A model generated the notes under the pieces. That model had not been told where the DNA came from. It saw only the letters and a program-made list of their open reading frames with translations, and searched no databases. A stretch of DNA of 64,000 bases, from positions 1-64,000 of the forward strand of contig CAVWIP010000007.1 of the NCBI GenBank assembly GCA_963755125.1. Direction: 5' to 3'. This document shows positions 51,244 to 60,787 of this stretch, piece by piece. Position numbers and translations under genes: made by a program. Each line of letters starts with the position of its first letter. Within the stretch, counting starts at the first letter, position 1. The stretch is from an uncultured delta proteobacterium (GTDB taxonomy: Bacteria > Myxococcota_A > Polyangia > Fen-1088).

Positions 51244-53394
51244 CTATCGCTGCGTGCCGGCGCGGGCGCGCTGCACGTAGGCTTGCGCTGCGGGAAGGTC
51301 CGGATCAGACGCCGGGGCATTGGCTACGAACAGCTCCCACGCCTTGACCGTGCGGAGCGCGAAGGCCGGATCGATGCGCGACAGGATCTCGTAGCCGATC
51401 CCCAAGTCCTTGAAGATGGTGGAGTGAAGGTCCAGCGAAGGGACGCCAGGCGCGGCGGCGATGCTCAGCGCGGGCGAGCCGCCTGCCCGACTCACGACCT
51501 GCTCCATCAGCGTCACCGCCAGGCGCGCGGGCACCTCCGCGTTGCCCATGTCGTGACTGTACACCAGAGCAAGGTGAGCCCGCGAGGTCTGCATGTTGAG
51601 CGCCAGCTCACCCAGCATCTGCTCCCACGAGCCCGCGGGAGACAGCAGCGCCGGCATGGGATCGTAGCTGCCCATGGCCTGGCGGTCACGTTCGGCCCAC
51701 TGCTCGAAAGCGGGAAAGCGATCGGTGGGGACCAAGGGATGGGTGAGGCCCGTGGTGGCCAGCTTGTACCCGTCCTTCCAGCTTTCGTCCCACGTTACCA
51801 GTCGGTCCAGCACCACCAGAGGGCGATTGCGGTTGGCGTCCATGAGCTGCTTGATGGTGAACCCACCTGGCAGGTACACGCCCGCCGGCAGGACCAGATC
51901 AGGGTGGCGGCGAAGGGCGCGGTCGCAGTACCAGCGGTAGCCCAACAACTGCTGATCGAGGTGGATGACGTCGGGTCGCAGTTTCTCGACTTCATGGAAA
52001 TAGAAGACCGCCCCGGTCACGTGATCTCCCATGGTGACCACGATGGCGTCACTCGGCAGCGAGGCAAAGGCGGTGGAGATGAAGTCGCGAAACACAGTGT
52101 TGCGGCGCTGTCCGGCGTCAGCGTTGATGACCGCGCCGGCCAGAAAGACCAGGGCCGCACCGGCCAGGGACAGCCGCGAGACACGAGCAGGAGAGGCCGC
52201 GTGCATCCCCAGCCGCCGGAAGAGACCGGCCCAGCCGAGTCCCGCAGCCAGGGCCACGAGAAGGTCTGATTGGATGAAGAATCGGGACAGCACGTGCTGG
52301 TAGAGCGCCTTGGACGTGGACATGTTGGACATGGCGCAGAAGACGAAGGCGTAGCCGAGCAGGAGAGCGAGCAGGACGCGGACCTGGGCGCGGTCGGGTC
52401 GCTTGCGCGGAGCCAAGGCATATGCGGCCACGGCCAGGAGCGGCCCCAGTCCGAGCAACCGTCGCAGCGATCCGCCCAGCATCAAGGTGAGGGTCGGGAA
52501 GAACGTGCCGCTCTCGACGAAAGCATCGACCCTGCTGCCAGCTTTTCCGAGGGTGAACGTCCCGTAGTCGCGGCGCAGGAAGTGGCCAACAAGGCCGTCA
52601 AGTGTGCTCTCGTCGCCCCAAGAGACCGCAGCCGCCGAGCGGGACGCGATGGCGAGATAGGCGTAGGGCAGAAGAGCAAGGGCACCACAGAGAACAGCCA
52701 GCGCCACCCCGCCGACGCGCAGATCGCGTCGTGCAACCCAGAGCGAGCGCAGAAGAACAGGTGCCCCGATGAACACGAAGGTGTGGTGGTTACCCGTAGC
52801 CAGGCCGCAAACCAAAGCCAGGGCGAAAACCTGGCGCCGTGCCGGCGCAAGCTCGACGCGCAACCACAGGTAGAGCGCAAGAGCTCCGAACATGGCGTTC
52901 AGCCCGAACACCTCGGCCGTGGTGGCGTGGTGCCAGACCAGGGGGTCGGTGCCAAAGAGCCCCGCCGCAAGCAAGCCTGCCGCAGCGGTTGCAGTCCACA
53001 ACTGGACGGTCGCACAGAGCAAGCCGGCCGCTGCCGCCGTGGACACGGCGGAAAGCAGGTTCACGCGCCAGGCGATGGATGGGCCGAAGGGCAGGGCCGC
53101 GAACAGCCGGGCCAGCAGCGCAAAAACTGGATAGCCCGGGGGATGGGGCACGCCGCCGGTGACCGCGGCAGCCGTCAACTCGCCACTGTCACCGCCTCCG
53201 ACGGTGGGAGCCAGGGTGGTCGCGTAGAGCACCAGCAGCGCGAGGAAGGCACAGAGGGGCGCGAGCCAGGGTCGAGCCGAAGCTCCGGTTGCGCCCGACC
53301 AGGGCTGGTCGACCTGACCACTCCTGGGCGGGCCAGTCGGTCGCGCGGCGCGGGCACGGCCCGCAAGTCGATCGTTTCTTGGGTTTCGCCCCAT
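51244..53394 (-). CDS. DUF2723/TMEM260-family polytopic membrane protein (putative GT-C glycosyltransferase)
   Basis: GDSGEL...GVPHPPGYP after the first TM; AEVFGLN; NHHT; SWGD; more than 10 TMs. Start probably ATG 53394. Confidence 0.82.
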   Translation of the reverse strand: MGRNPRNDRLAGRARAARPTGPPRSGQVDQPWSGATGASARPWLAPLCAFLALLVLYATTLAPTVGGGDSGELTAAAVTGGVPHPPGYPVFALLARLFAALPFGPSIAWRVNLLSAVSTAAAAGLLCATVQLWTATAAAGLLAAGLFGTDPLVWHHATTAEVFGLNAMFGALALYLWLRVELAPARRQVFALALVCGLATGNHHTFVFIGAPVLLRSLWVARRDLRVGGVALAVLCGALALLPYAYLAIASRSAAAVSWGDESTLDGLVGHFLRRDYGTFTLGKAGSRVDAFVESGTFFPTLTLMLGGSLRRLLGLGPLLAVAAYALAPRKRPDRAQVRVLLALLLGYAFVFCAMSNMSTSKALYQHVLSRFFIQSDLLVALAAGLGWAGLFRRLGMHAASPARVSRLSLAGAALVFLAGAVINADAGQRRNTVFRDFISTAFASLPSDAIVVTMGDHVTGAVFYFHEVEKLRPDVIHLDQQLLGYRWYCDRALRRHPDLVLPAGVYLPGGFTIKQLMDANRNRPLVVLDRLVTWDESWKDGYKLATTGLTHPLVPTDRFPAFEQWAERDRQAMGSYDPMPALLSPAGSWEQMLGELALNMQTSRAHLALVYSHDMGNAEVPARLAVTLMEQVVSRAGGSPALSIAAAPGVPSLDLHSTIFKDLGIGYEILSRIDPAFALRTVKAWELFVANAPASDPDLPAAQAYVQRARAGTQR

Positions 53395-53664
53395 CGATGA
53401 CCGCGATAATGCCATGAAGTCGGCTGACCACCCTCTGCCACAGGAGTGCGATTCTTGCGCGATCTCGGCAAACTGGCTCTCCGCGACGGGCCGCGCGGCC
53501 GATTCTCCGACGGTCAACCCGCAACGGCCCCACAAACTCTGGATCGGGCCAAACCTCGGGACGGGAGGGGCGAAATGCTCCGTGGACACGGCGGCTTCAT
53601 GTTGTAGGCTTGGTAGCGAAAGGTGGTAGAGCGCGTGCAAACCGAATTCGTAGGAGGATCCTTC

Positions 53665-54045
53665 ATGCGTCAAGAGACCAGAAGCCGCCGCGTGGTCATC
53701 GCGGAGGACAACGACGACATGCGCGCGGCGATACGTGAGTTGATCGAGAGCTTGGGCGCGGAGGTCGTCGAGGCCGCCAGCGGAGGCGATCTGATCATGC
53801 TCTTGACCGACGAGAAGCCGGTGGATCTGCTCATCACGGACGTGCGTATGCCCTGGATGACGGGGTTCCAGGTTTCGTTGGCGGCGCGCAACGCTGGCCT
53901 GACCATGCCCATCATCGTGGTCACCGCGTTCGGTGACGATCACTTGCGCGCGCAGGTCGAACGTCTCGGTTCGGCCAGCCTGCTTTCCAAGCCTTTCCGA
54001 CCCGAGGAGCTGTTGTCGCTCGCGCGCTCGCTCTTGCCCTCCTGA
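53665..54045 (+). CDS. Single-domain response regulator (CheY-like)
   Basis: IAEDN, LITDVRMP, VTA, SKPF; AGGAGG upstream. Confidence 0.92.
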   Translation: MRQETRSRRVVIAEDNDDMRAAIRELIESLGAEVVEAASGGDLIMLLTDEKPVDLLITDVRMPWMTGFQVSLAARNAGLTMPIIVVTAFGDDHLRAQVERLGSASLLSKPFRPEELLSLARSLLPS

Positions 54046-54071
54046 CCGCGACCGACCTTCGCTAGCGCAGC

Positions 54072-55490
54072 ATGAGGCTGGCTCGAAAACTGATCCTGGC
54101 CACGCTGGCAGGGATCGCGCTGGTCTTGGCTGCGAGCGCCTATTTTCGCTATCTCCATGTGGCGCGGGAATTGGAACAGTTCGAGCGCGACATGATCATG
54201 GACCACGAGGTGTTGGGTCGAACCCTGGCCGACGCGATGGTTCGTGTGTGGGAGAAACAGGGGCGCGACGAGGCCCTGAGCCTACTCCATAACGTGAGCA
54301 CGCCTGATGGACGGTTTCGCGTCCGCTGGGTCGAGGGCGAGTTGCGAGCCGCACCGACTCTTTCGCAAGAGCGCCACTACACGGACGTTCCCATCCGCGT
54401 GCGCGGCCAGGCCGTGGGCTTTGTTGAGCTGTCCGAGTCGCGCGGGTACGAGCAAGCATACGTTCGCGACACCCTGATTCGCACAGCATGGGCGACCCTG
54501 GCGGCTCTCTGCGTGGCCGCCCTGCTGGCCGCGGTGCTGGGCGTGTACATGGTCGGGCGGCCCCTGGCAAGGCTCACGCAAAAAGCCCGGAGCATCGGCG
54601 CTGGCGATCTTCCGGGACCGCTCAATCTCAGGCAACGCGACGAGATTGGCGAGCTGGCCCGTGAGTTCGATGCCATGTGCGACCGCCTGGCGCAGGCGCG
54701 CTCGTCGCTGGCTGGCGAAACCGAGGCGCGCGTGCGAGCCATCGAGCAACTGCGCCACGCAGACCGTTTGGCCACGGTGGGCAAGCTGGCTTCGGGCATT
54801 GCCCACGAGGTGGGAACGCCGCTCGGCGTGGCCCTGGTGCGAGCCAACATGATCTTCTCGGGCCGGATCGCCGGTGATGAGGCCCGCGAAGGGGCGCGCA
54901 TCATCGGCGAGCAGGTCGAGAGGATCGCGCGCATCATTCGCCAGCTTCTCGACTTCGCGCGCGGGCAGTTGGTGAGGCCGCCTGGCGCAGGCGCGCGCCG
55001 CGAGCCGGTGGACCTTGCCGATCTGGTCGAAAAGACCCTCTCGTTGGTGCAGCCCATGGCCGAGAAGCGGCAGCTCACGCTCGACTTCCATGCAGCGCCT
55101 GATCTGCCCAAGCCATCGCTTGACCAGGCGCAGATCCAGCAGGTGCTGCTCAACCTCGTGGTCAACAGCATCCACGCCAGCGATCGCCCAGGCAAGGTCG
55201 CGGTGGATATCTCACTCGTGAACGCGACGGCGCCTGCGGATCTGGGCGGCGCCAAAGGCGAGTACCTGTGCCTGTCAGTGGCGGACCAGGGCGTGGGCAT
55301 CCCGCCCGAGATCCTGCCGCGCATCTTCGAACCCTTCTTCACCACCAAGAGCGTAGGCGAAGGCACGGGACTGGGCCTGTCGGTGGCCTACGGGATCGTG
55401 CGCGAGCACGGCGGCTGGATCGACGTGCAGAGCGCTGCTCGCGAGGGCAGTCGTTTCTCCATCTATCTCCCGGTGAACAGGGTAGGTTAG
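54072..55490 (+). CDS. Sensor histidine kinase (2 TM, HAMP, HisKA, HATPase)
   Basis: RDEIGELA, AHEVGTPL, NLVVNS, DQGVG, FTTK, GTGLGL. Confidence 0.93.
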   Translation: MRLARKLILATLAGIALVLAASAYFRYLHVARELEQFERDMIMDHEVLGRTLADAMVRVWEKQGRDEALSLLHNVSTPDGRFRVRWVEGELRAAPTLSQERHYTDVPIRVRGQAVGFVELSESRGYEQAYVRDTLIRTAWATLAALCVAALLAAVLGVYMVGRPLARLTQKARSIGAGDLPGPLNLRQRDEIGELAREFDAMCDRLAQARSSLAGETEARVRAIEQLRHADRLATVGKLASGIAHEVGTPLGVALVRANMIFSGRIAGDEAREGARIIGEQVERIARIIRQLLDFARGQLVRPPGAGARREPVDLADLVEKTLSLVQPMAEKRQLTLDFHAAPDLPKPSLDQAQIQQVLLNLVVNSIHASDRPGKVAVDISLVNATAPADLGGAKGEYLCLSVADQGVGIPPEILPRIFEPFFTTKSVGEGTGLGLSVAYGIVREHGGWIDVQSAAREGSRFSIYLPVNRVG

Positions 55491-55657
55491 CGGAAGCCCG
55501 TTCACGCAGATGCCGAGGACGACGAGCCGGAAGGCTTCCCCGCCGCTCCGGTGAACCGGCTAGCCAAGAACCGGCAATTCCCCTATGCTGCTGCTGTCTC
55601 ACTGGGGTATGGGCGCCCGGGTAGTCATTCCCTTCGATATCGGCCGGAGGTTGTCCG

Positions 55658-57136
55658 ATGAACATTTCCCCGCAACGATGGCTTCGCAGTGGCGCGCTCA
55701 CCCTGGGCGCTGTGATCCTGCTGACGGGCGGGCAGCGAGCCGCCGCTGAACCCAAGGACGCACCCCCGAAGAAAGAGGAACCACCGGAGTTCCGTTTCGA
55801 CTTCGGCCTATTTGGCGGGGGCCACTTCTTCGACGCCGACAACTCGCTGGGCCGGGCTCCTGGCAGTTCCGAGGGGCTCTCGCCCAAGTCGGGCGGGGTT
55901 TTCGGCGGCCGGCTGGGCCTGCACTTCAACCGCTGGTTCGGGCTGGAAGCAGAGGTCGATGGCACGCCCACGAAGACGCGTGACGGCCAGACGTCGATGT
56001 GGGTCTTCGGCTATCGCGGCAGCCTGATCGTGAACCTCACCGATAGCTACGAGTTCCAGCCCTTCATTCTGGCCGGGTACGGCGGACTCACCTCGCTGGT
56101 CAGCGACACGACGGTCGTGCCCAGTTCGACCTGGGGGTTCATGCACGCCGGGCTGGGGTTCAAGATCGGGTTCACCCCGTGGACCGGCCTGCGCGTCGAC
56201 GGGCGAATCATGGCGCCGTGGACCGCGCTCTCGCCAGTCATTCCCCAGGGCAATCGCATCGGCTACAGCGGGCCTGACTTCGAGGTGCTGGGCTCCCTGT
56301 TCGTCAACTTCGGCGAAATAGAGAAGGTGCACATCTACTCGACGGTGATCAAGGAGCCGAAGATCGGGGACCGGGACGGCGATGGTATCCCCGATAACAT
56401 CGACAAGTGCCCTGACCAGCCCGAGGACTTCGATGGCTTCCAGGACGAGGATGGCTGCCCGGATCTCGACAACGACGGCGACGGCATCCCGGACGCGCTC
56501 GACAAGTGCCCCAACGAGCCCGAGGACAAGGACGGCTTCCAGGACGAGGATGGTTGCCCAGATCTCGACAACGACGGCGACGGCATCCCGGACGCGCTCG
56601 ACAAGTGCCCCAACGAACCCGAGGACAAGGACGGGTTCCAGGACGATGACGGCTGTCCGGATCCCGACAACGACGGCGACGGCATCCCGGACGCGCTCGA
56701 CAAGTGCCCCAACGAGCCCGAGACCTTCAACAACTACATGGACGAGGACGGCTGTCCAGACGAGGTGCCGGCCGCGGTGAAGAAGTTCACCGGCGTGATC
56801 GAGGGCATCAACTTCAAGACTGGCTCGGCGGACATCCTGCCGGGTTCCTATGTCATGCTCGACCGAGCGGTGAAGGTCCTGCAAGACTATCCCGAGGTGA
56901 ATCTGGAGATCTCCGGGCACACCGACAACCGAGGCAAGGCCGACTACAACCGCGATTTGTCCCAGCGTCGCGCCGATGCGGTGAAGACCTACTTCGTCAC
57001 ACGCGGGATTGCCTCGCAGCGCTTGCAGTCCATCGGCTACGGTCCCACGCGGCCCATTGCCGACAACAAGACGCAATCCGGGCGAGCTACCAACCGTCGC
57101 ACGGAGTTCCGGCTGATCAACCCCAGCGAGAAGTAG
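55658..57136 (+). CDS. Outer-membrane beta-barrel + thrombospondin type-3 repeats + OmpA C-terminal domain (TraB-like architecture)
   Basis: Signal peptide; amphipathic beta strands; DxDGDGIPD..DKCP repeats; ISGHTD, LSQRRA, NRRTEF. Confidence 0.92.
   Translation: MNISPQRWLRSGALTLGAVILLTGGQRAAAEPKDAPPKKEEPPEFRFDFGLFGGGHFFDADNSLGRAPGSSEGLSPKSGGVFGGRLGLHFNRWFGLEAEVDGTPTKTRDGQTSMWVFGYRGSLIVNLTDSYEFQPFILAGYGGLTSLVSDTTVVPSSTWGFMHAGLGFKIGFTPWTGLRVDGRIMAPWTALSPVIPQGNRIGYSGPDFEVLGSLFVNFGEIEKVHIYSTVIKEPKIGDRDGDGIPDNIDKCPDQPEDFDGFQDEDGCPDLDNDGDGIPDALDKCPNEPEDKDGFQDEDGCPDLDNDGDGIPDALDKCPNEPEDKDGFQDDDGCPDPDNDGDGIPDALDKCPNEPETFNNYMDEDGCPDEVPAAVKKFTGVIEGINFKTGSADILPGSYVMLDRAVKVLQDYPEVNLEISGHTDNRGKADYNRDLSQRRADAVKTYFVTRGIASQRLQSIGYGPTRPIADNKTQSGRATNRRTEFRLINPSEK
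56369..56764 (+). repeat. Four tandem 99-bp coding repeats (33-aa TSP3 units)
   Basis: Units start at 56369, 56468, 56567 and 56666; units 2 and 3 are nearly identical. Confidence 0.92.
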
Positions 57137-57269
57137 TCCACAGTCCCGCGACAGCGGCAGAAGGTCGTAGCCCACCACCGATCGCTCTGATTGGGTGCGC
57201 GGCTCGATCGTGGAAAGGCATGTCTCTTCCGAGATGGGCCGCGCCTCCGCTTGTCGCGCGCCTCCGCGC

Positions 57270-57755
57270 CTACCCGCGTGGCTTGCGTCGCTCGTGTGAA
57301 GCGTGCACCCAGTCGCTGACCGCGTCTTCGGCTCGACGCTCAGTCTGCTTGTGTTGGTCAGCTTCTTGGCGTGCTTTCAGCTTTTCGAGGGCCAGCCGCT
57401 CTTCTCGGGCGCGGCGGAAACGCGCCGCCGCCACGTTCTCGGCGGCCCAGGCTTGGTCCAGCGGGCCTTGCCTGTGCTGGGCTGCCCTTTTTGCAGTGAG
57501 CGCCAGCGCCGCAGTCAAGCGCTGCCGATAGCGTTCGCGCTGGAGGCCATCGCCGACGAAAGCGGGCGCGGGCGCGGCCACCCAGCGTTTCGTCTCTTGT
57601 TCCAGCGCATGGCGCGCCTCTTCGGCTGCGGAATCGAGGCGTTGCTGTTCCTCCTCGACGCGCAGGCGCGCCGCCGCCGCTTCTCCCAGGGCCTTGTGCG
57701 CCTCCTCCTCTGCGCTGCGGCGCAGGTTCAGCAACAGGGCCAAGTTGGATGCCAT
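57270..57755 (-). CDS. SctO/FliJ-like T3SS stalk protein
   Basis: 161 aa, all helical: L..LL.LR..AEE.A...L at the N-terminus and ARE.R.ALEKL......E.R.E...D at the C-terminus. Confidence 0.7.
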   Translation of the reverse strand: MASNLALLLNLRRSAEEEAHKALGEAAAARLRVEEEQQRLDSAAEEARHALEQETKRWVAAPAPAFVGDGLQRERYRQRLTAALALTAKRAAQHRQGPLDQAWAAENVAAARFRRAREERLALEKLKARQEADQHKQTERRAEDAVSDWVHASHERRKPRG

Positions 57756-57807
57756 CGCGATTAGGGTGACGTTGCGTCCGCGGACGGGTGAGCTTACTGT
57801 TTGTGAA

Positions 57808-59289
57808 ATGGTGGCACAGATCCCCTCGAGAAAATACCGCATCGAGCGGTATCTGGCCGAGGGAGGCATGGGTGCCATCTATGTCGGCAAGAAGATCGGC
57901 GCAGGCGGCTTCGAGAAGGAGGTCGTGCTCAAGCAGCTTCTGCCGGAATTCACCAGCCGGCCCGAGTTCCGCGACCTGTTTTTCCGCGAGGCCAAGATCT
58001 CGGCCACCCTCGACCACCAGAACATCGTGCGCACCTTCGATCTGGTGACCTCGGAAGAGCGGCTGTTCATCGTCATGGAGTACGTGCGGGGCGCCGATCT
58101 GCGCTCGATTTCCTGGCGCGCGCGGCGCAAGCGCCCGCTCTCGGCACAGGCCATCCTGCACGTCGCACTCGAGATCCTGGCCGGTCTGGCCTACGCCCAC
58201 CGTCGACGTTCGCCTTCGGGCGAGCCCCTGGGCATCATCCACCGTGACCTGTCGCCTTCCAACATCCTGTGCTCGGCCGAAGGCGAGGTGAAACTGTCCG
58301 ACTTCGGCATCGCCAAGGCCGCGACCTACTCCTCTGCTTTCTACCGCGTGCGCGGCAAGGTGGGCTACATGTCGCCCGAGATGGCGCACAACCAGCCCAT
58401 CGACGCGCGCAGCGACTTGTTTTCACTGGGCGTGAGCATCTACGAGACCTTGATCGGCGAGCGGGTGTATGCGGGCGACCTCAATACCCCGGCTGACCAG
58501 ATCTACGCGCAGTCCGTGCCACCTCTGGTGACCAAGTGCCCCGGCCTGCCGCCTGAACTGCAGGGCGTGTTCGACCAGGCGCTGGCACTCGATCCCAACC
58601 AGCGCTTCCAGGATGCAGAGTCGTTTGCCGATGCCGTGCGCGAGGTGGCGCATCAGCACGGCTTGCTCTATTCCGCACCGCAACTGGCGGCCGAGTTGCG
58701 CGAGTTGCTCGGTCCCAATCCCGACCACTGGCTTCGCGACGAGGGTGACCCGCAGCGCGCGCGGACGGATCGTCCGGCCAATCGCGCGTCCGACCTTGAG
58801 GGTCAAGAGGCGTCGTCGGTCACGGTCGATAGCGGGGCCGACGTCGGGCCACCGACCTTGGTCGAGCGCTCGCGACCCCGCACGGCTCGCGAGAGTGCCG
58901 CGGGCGGGAATGGGACGGGGGATCCGCAGGCCCTGGCGCGCCCGTCGGCCGTCCCGGCGCCCGTTACCGGCTCCTCGGCTCCGGGCTCAGCCGACCTTTA
59001 TGCTGCCGTCAACCGAGCGGACCTGCCCGGCCCCGCGACGCCTCCCCTCGCGACCGGCCCGAAATCCTTCAACCTGCCCCCGCCAGGGCCTTCGTTCATC
59101 CCGACTTCCCGAGGCGGAGTGGCCGCTCTTCGACGCTCGCGAGGGAGGCTGTGGATCGTGCTCGCGCTGGCGACTCTGGCGCTGCTGGCCGCTGGGGCAC
59201 TCTTGCTTCGGCCTAGCGAACCCAGAGCACCGACGGGCACAGGGACGATCCCTGCCACCGCGGCCTCGCGCTCGCAAGCGCAGAAATAG
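57808..59289 (+). CDS. Eukaryotic-like Ser/Thr protein kinase with C-terminal TM
   Basis: AEGGMG, VLK, HRDLSPSN, DFG, GYMSPE, DLFSLG; TM LWIVLALATLALLAAGALLL. Confidence 0.93.
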   Translation: MVAQIPSRKYRIERYLAEGGMGAIYVGKKIGAGGFEKEVVLKQLLPEFTSRPEFRDLFFREAKISATLDHQNIVRTFDLVTSEERLFIVMEYVRGADLRSISWRARRKRPLSAQAILHVALEILAGLAYAHRRRSPSGEPLGIIHRDLSPSNILCSAEGEVKLSDFGIAKAATYSSAFYRVRGKVGYMSPEMAHNQPIDARSDLFSLGVSIYETLIGERVYAGDLNTPADQIYAQSVPPLVTKCPGLPPELQGVFDQALALDPNQRFQDAESFADAVREVAHQHGLLYSAPQLAAELRELLGPNPDHWLRDEGDPQRARTDRPANRASDLEGQEASSVTVDSGADVGPPTLVERSRPRTARESAAGGNGTGDPQALARPSAVPAPVTGSSAPGSADLYAAVNRADLPGPATPPLATGPKSFNLPPPGPSFIPTSRGGVAALRRSRGRLWIVLALATLALLAAGALLLRPSEPRAPTGTGTIPATAASRSQAQK

Positions 59290-59290
59290 C

Positions 59291-60451
59291 TCAGCGGTCG
59301 GTGTCTGCGCCGTCCCCTACCGCCACTACCTTGGGCCGGGGCATGCCGTTGAAGTTGGTGGCACTGGCCGTGGTGTAGGCGCCGATGTTCTCGCTGGTCA
59401 GCAAGTCGCCGAGATCCAGGTTGACCGGCAGTTCCTCGGCCACCGACACCACGTCGAGCGCGTCGCAGGTCGGCCCGAACACCGACGAGAGCTGCGTGGG
59501 TCCGCTCTTGAAGGCCTTGAAGTGGTACTGGCAATGATCGAAGAGCACGCCCGAGTAGGTGCCATACACGCCGTCGTTGATGGTGTAGCACTGCTTGCCA
59601 TTGCGCACGGCCTTGCCGATGATCTCGACCACCAGGGTGGCTGCGGTGGCGACCAGAAAACGGCCCGGCTCGGCCAGGATCTCCATCTGGGGTGGGAACA
59701 GCCGCTCGAATTCGGCGTTGAGCGTCCGGGCCAGCTCGGCGAAGGGCCGTACGTGCTGGTCATACGGGGCCGGAAAACCACCGCCGATGTCCAGGATGTT
59801 GACCTTGTGGTAGCCGCGGTCCCAGGCCTCCTTGAAGATGCTGTCGGCGATGCCCAGGGCCTGGACGTAGTTCTGGAAATTGGTGCACTGACTGCCCACG
59901 TGAAAGGACAGGCCCTCCACCACCAGCCCGGCGTTGAAGGCCGCCTCAATCAGATCCACGGCCTCGCCCGGTGCAGCGCCGAACTTCGACGACAGCTCCA
60001 CCACCGAGCCGGTATTGGGCACGCTGATGCGCAGGATGAGACCCGCGTGCGGGGCGTGGCGCTTGACCTTGCCCACCTCGGCCAGGCTGTCGTAGGTGAC
60101 CAGCGGTTTGTAGGGATCCAGCTCGGCCAGGGTGCGGTTGTCCTTGACCGGGTTGGCGTAGATGATCTTGTCCCAGATCCAGTCCTGTCGCTTCTTGGCG
60201 GACATCGACTGGATGTTCTCGTGCACGATCATGAACTCGGGCATGGAGGCCACGTCGAAACTGGCGCCCGCCTTGAACAGGGTGCGCACGATGCCAGGGT
60301 CGGGGTTGGCCTTGACCGCGTAATAGGCCTGCACGCGCGGCAAGTGTTTCTTGAAGGTGGCGTAGTTGCGCCGAATCGCACGATGGTCGACCACGAAGAG
60401 CGGGGTTCCATGCTGCTCGGCCAGTTGCTTGAGAAGCTTGGGTGAAAGCAC
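59291..60451 (-). CDS. Fold-type III PLP decarboxylase (ornithine/lysine decarboxylase-like)
   Basis: YYAVKANP, FDVAS, SKFGA, SFHVGSQ, LDIGGGF, EPGRF, GPTCD, GAYT, FNG; AAGGAG before GTG. Confidence 0.93.
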   Translation of the reverse strand: MLSPKLLKQLAEQHGTPLFVVDHRAIRRNYATFKKHLPRVQAYYAVKANPDPGIVRTLFKAGASFDVASMPEFMIVHENIQSMSAKKRQDWIWDKIIYANPVKDNRTLAELDPYKPLVTYDSLAEVGKVKRHAPHAGLILRISVPNTGSVVELSSKFGAAPGEAVDLIEAAFNAGLVVEGLSFHVGSQCTNFQNYVQALGIADSIFKEAWDRGYHKVNILDIGGGFPAPYDQHVRPFAELARTLNAEFERLFPPQMEILAEPGRFLVATAATLVVEIIGKAVRNGKQCYTINDGVYGTYSGVLFDHCQYHFKAFKSGPTQLSSVFGPTCDALDVVSVAEELPVNLDLGDLLTSENIGAYTTASATNFNGMPRPKVVAVGDGADTDR

Positions 60452-60586
60452 GCGGGATCTCCTTGGGAGGGAATAGTCTACAGGCGGCCACGCGCGATGG
60501 CGCAGGAAATGGGATTCGGAGTCGGGGGCCGGGGACGGGGTCGGAGGCGGTGAAGGGGCCCGTGACGGGGCCCCGCAGGATGGGGC

Positions 60587-60655
60587 TCAGCGTTTCGGGT
60601 GGGTCAGGCGCCAAAGGATGGCGACGATGCGGTCGAGCAGCGCGTGGGCCGAGGC
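60587..60655 (-). pseudogene. 3' remnant of a four-helix-bundle (IVP/bAvd-like) protein gene
   Basis: Frame reads ASAHALLDRIVAILWRLTHPKR*, followed by hexamer-like C-rich repeats; the rest of the domain is absent. Confidence 0.55.
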
Positions 60656-60787
60656 AGGCGGCGCCTCCCTGAAGCGCGGCTTCAGTCGATTCAATTCGCA
60701 GAGTGCAGCAAGCGACGAACGCGGAGTGCGCGTGCAGCACGCGCGCGTCGGGGAAAGGAAACTACCCTCAGCTATCCCAACTGCACG

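Noticed and set aside
53395..53943. N-terminal extension of the DUF2723 protein (899-aa ORF)
   Set aside because: Antisense to the response regulator and spans the divergent promoter region.
56369..56764. Regular repeats as a possible CRISPR array
   Set aside because: In-frame 99-bp coding repeats with no unique spacers and no cas genes.
58613..60445. 610-aa plus-strand ORF and similar long overlapping ORFs (e.g. 4658-6157, 40719-42152, 55808-57178)
   Set aside because: Shadow frames of well-supported genes, expected in high-GC DNA.
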